Assembly: GCF_018350175.1 (NCBI RefSeq)
Contig: NC_058369.1
Coordinates: 134,168,001 to 134,232,000 of the forward strand
From: Felis catus
Taxonomy: Eukaryota
DNA length: 64,000 nucleotides
Reading direction: 5' to 3'
Shown: positions 61,299 through 64,000 of the stretch, one piece after another
Numbering within the stretch: position 1 is the stretch's first letter
Layout of the letters: the number at the start of each line of letters is the position of its first letter
Position numbers and translations under genes: made by a program
The notes under the pieces: generated by a model
Databases searched by the model: none
What the model saw: only the letters and a program-made list of their open reading frames with translations
What the model was told of the DNA's origin: nothing

Positions 61299-63627
61299 GG
61301 AGTGAGGTCATCAAGATGGTGACCAAGATGGCTCTTGACATTAGTCCCCCTCACAGGAAAACCAGCTAGAAACTATTCATAGACAAGAAAACACTGTGAA
61401 AATCCCAGAACCCAGGGGTGAGACTGAAGTACTCCACTGAATAACAGAGACAAAGAAGAACCATATTAGAAAGGTAAGAGAAGTGGTTTTACTTTGACCT
61501 CATTGTCCCTTCCCTAGGCCAGCAATGCCCAACCAAGAAGGCCCCTGGAACCTACAGTATCTCCTGTGGTAAAAACAGGACCAAGGTGGACGTTCTTCTT
61601 CCCTAGGGTTGTGGGATGCTTCTGGGAAGCTCATTCAAATCTTACCTCATGGGGATCACTGGGGAAACTGAGGAGCTCAACAATTAGGGATCAGATTGAA
61701 ATGGAGAAGGGGGATGGGCTTACAGCAATCAGCTCTAAGATCTTGGCAGACGACACACCTGAGTGGAGATCCAAGCCACAGCTCTGCTCATTGGCAGAGC
61801 TCATTCAGTAATCCTGACTGCCAGAGAGTTCCATTAGTTATTATGACTGATTTGGATGCCCAGCTAACAGGGCTATGTCAACCATGGAGCACATCCTTTG
61901 GTTTGTTCAGTGAAGGGGACCAAATTTGTTCCTCCACCCAACTGCTGAGCATAGCCTCCAAACCCACCCCTCCATGAAGCATGGCCACAGATGCCTGGCA
62001 ACTATGGAACACATCCTATAGCCTGCCTAGGCAGGGAACAAAGCCAGCCAGCCCTACCCAACTACTGAGCAACCTCTGGCCCCACTTAACTAGGGTGCCT
62101 GAACAGTGCCGCTGAGCAACCCTAGAGGCCAGCCTACAATCCCACCAGCAGTTCAGCCCTATCTGATTGCTGAACACAGCCAGGAACCTCACCTAGGCAG
62201 GGACCTTAGACAGTGACTACACCCAATTACAAAGTATAGCCTGAATAACCATGGATCAAAAAAAATAAAATAAAAATGGAAATAAAATATCATGAGAAAA
62301 AGGGAAGCAGAACATGCCAAACTTTGTGATGCAGATCTAAGAGGGAAGTTTATAATATAAATACTTGCATCAAGAAAAAAAGATCTCAAATAAACAACCT
62401 AATTTTACACTTCAAAGAATTAAAAACAGCAAAACAAACTAAGCCTGAAGTTAGTGGAAAGAAAGAAATAATAAAGATTAGAGCAGAAAAAAATGAAATA
62501 GAGAATAGGAAAATGATAGAAAAGATTCCAAAACTAAGAGTTGATTACTTGACAACATAAATAAAACTGACAAACTTTCAGCTAGACTAGTCAAGAAACA
62601 AGAGAGAAGACCCAAATAAATAAAATAATAAATGAAAAAGGAGACATTAAATGGATACCACAGAAATAAAGAGGACTATGAGAGACTNNNNNNNNNNNNN
62701 NNNNNNNNNNNNNNNNNNNNNNNNNNNNNNNNNNNNNNNNNNNNNNNNNNNNNNNNNNNNNNNNNNNNNNNNNNNNNNNNNNNNNNNNNNNNNNNNNNNN
62801 NNNNNNNNNNNNNNNNNNNNATTGAATCAGTAATCAAACCCCCCCAAAAGAAAAGCTCAGGACTAGATGGCTTTACTGGCGAATTCTACCAAACACTTAA
62901 AGAAGAATTAATGCCAGTCCTGTCAAACTCTTCCAAAAAATTGAAGATGAAGGAATACTCCCAAACTCATTTACAAGGTCAGCATTGTCCTGGTTCCAAA
63001 GACAGATAAGAACACTACAAGAAGAGAAAACTATAGGACAATGTTCCTGATGAATATAAACACAAAAAATCTCAACTAAACACTAACAAACCAAATGCAG
63101 CAGCACATTAGAAATATATTATATGATGATCAAGTAGGATAGAGAAATATAAATACTACAGGATGTTCCATATATGTGGAATCTTAAGAAAACAACAACC
63201 CTGAATTCAAAGAAACAGAGTATATTGGTGCTTATCAGGAGAAGGGGGTTTAATAGGAGAAAATGGCAGATGTGGTCAAAGGGTGCAAACTCCCAGTTAT
63301 AAGATGAATAAGTTCTGGGGGATGTAATATACACCATGATCACTATAGTTAACAATACTCTGCTGTGTACTTTAAAGTTTCCATGAGAGTGGATTTTAAA
63401 AGTTCTCACCACACATGCAAAAAAAATGATAACCATATGAGGTGATGGATATGGATATCATATGGATATGGATAACCATATGAGGTGGTGTTAACTAACC
63501 TTATTGTGGTAATAATTTTTTAATATTTATGTATGATATGTGAAATCATTGTATACATTAATCTTACACCATGTTATATGTCAATTATATGTCAATGAAG
63601 CTGGAAAATAAAAATATGGAAGCTTAT
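61299..63627 (+). mobile_element. L1 (L1MA-like) with both ends and a TSD but two large internal deletions
   Basis: 5'UTR from 61299 to about 62240 (tcaagatgg near the start, degenerate repeats of about 119 bp). ORF2 piece about 62241-63138 ([56 protein letters not shown]). L1MA-type 3'UTR from about 63140 to 63615. TSD aaaaa(c/t)ta(cc/tt)actctca at 61282-61298 and 63628-63644. Confidence 0.85.
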
Positions 63628-64000
63628 AAAAATTATTACTCTCAAGATATTTTTGAAATAGAAAATCAGAAGCATTTTTAATAAAAATTTATTATTAGAT
63701 TCCTAATTGAGTTAATCAATACCTGTAATGAAAATGTAAGTGAAATATGGTAGATAAAAAAAGAGTTAAGGAGTTAGAGTGTTGACAGTTTTGGAGTTCA
63801 TCGTTGTATTTATTTGTGTGTGAGGGTGTGTATTTGCGAATGAATTAGGAGTGGAGAATGGAAAAGAGAAGTTTGAAGTAGAAAAATATGGAAAATGGTG
63901 TCTCTGTATTTACTGAGTCAGAGGGTTTTTCTCTGCTTTTTCTCTAGATATTAGTCCTCATTCAAGTAATTAACGTTGAGGAAAATCAGATAATGAATCT

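Noticed and set aside
1-64000. Strand bias of LTR elements as evidence of a host gene intron
   Set aside because: ERV1/ERVL pieces are mostly minus but MaLR/LTR16 are plus, and L1s occur on both strands. No consistent bias.
1-64000. CRISPR arrays, operons or other prokaryote-type systems
   Set aside because: The sequence is mammalian. The recurring repeats of about 200 bp are dispersed SINEs, not spaced arrays.

Overview
AT-rich mammalian DNA from a feliform carnivore, most likely a felid, judged by about 22 cat-type Can-SINEs (SINEC_Fc/Fc2-like). I found no intact protein-coding gene, and the listed ORFs are repeat-derived or spurious. The window is dominated by retroelements: L1 fragments, L2, MIR, an ancient CR1/L3 remnant, three ERVL internal remnants, and several solo LTRs (ERV1-type, MaLR MLT1, MER74-like, LTR16-like, LTR78-like). 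There are also MER5 hAT fragments, microsatellites and six N-masked gaps. The standout feature is an intronless, disabled copy of only the 5' end of EMC1 (about codons 1-162, 5495-5955). It is followed directly by an A-rich tail and preceded by about 130 bp of GC-rich, promoter-like sequence. It retains a small CpG island, and CpGs are also retained asymmetrically in the upstream flank. This suggests, by inference, that the copy carried part of the bidirectional EMC1/MRTO4 promoter and may drive a new minus-strand transcript. Other notable items are a TSD-flanked L1 with both ends but two large internal deletions, a CpG-retaining mini-LTR with CCAAT/TATA/ETS sites, and a poly(A)-only insertion. 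Family assignments come from recalled consensus sequences, not database searches.
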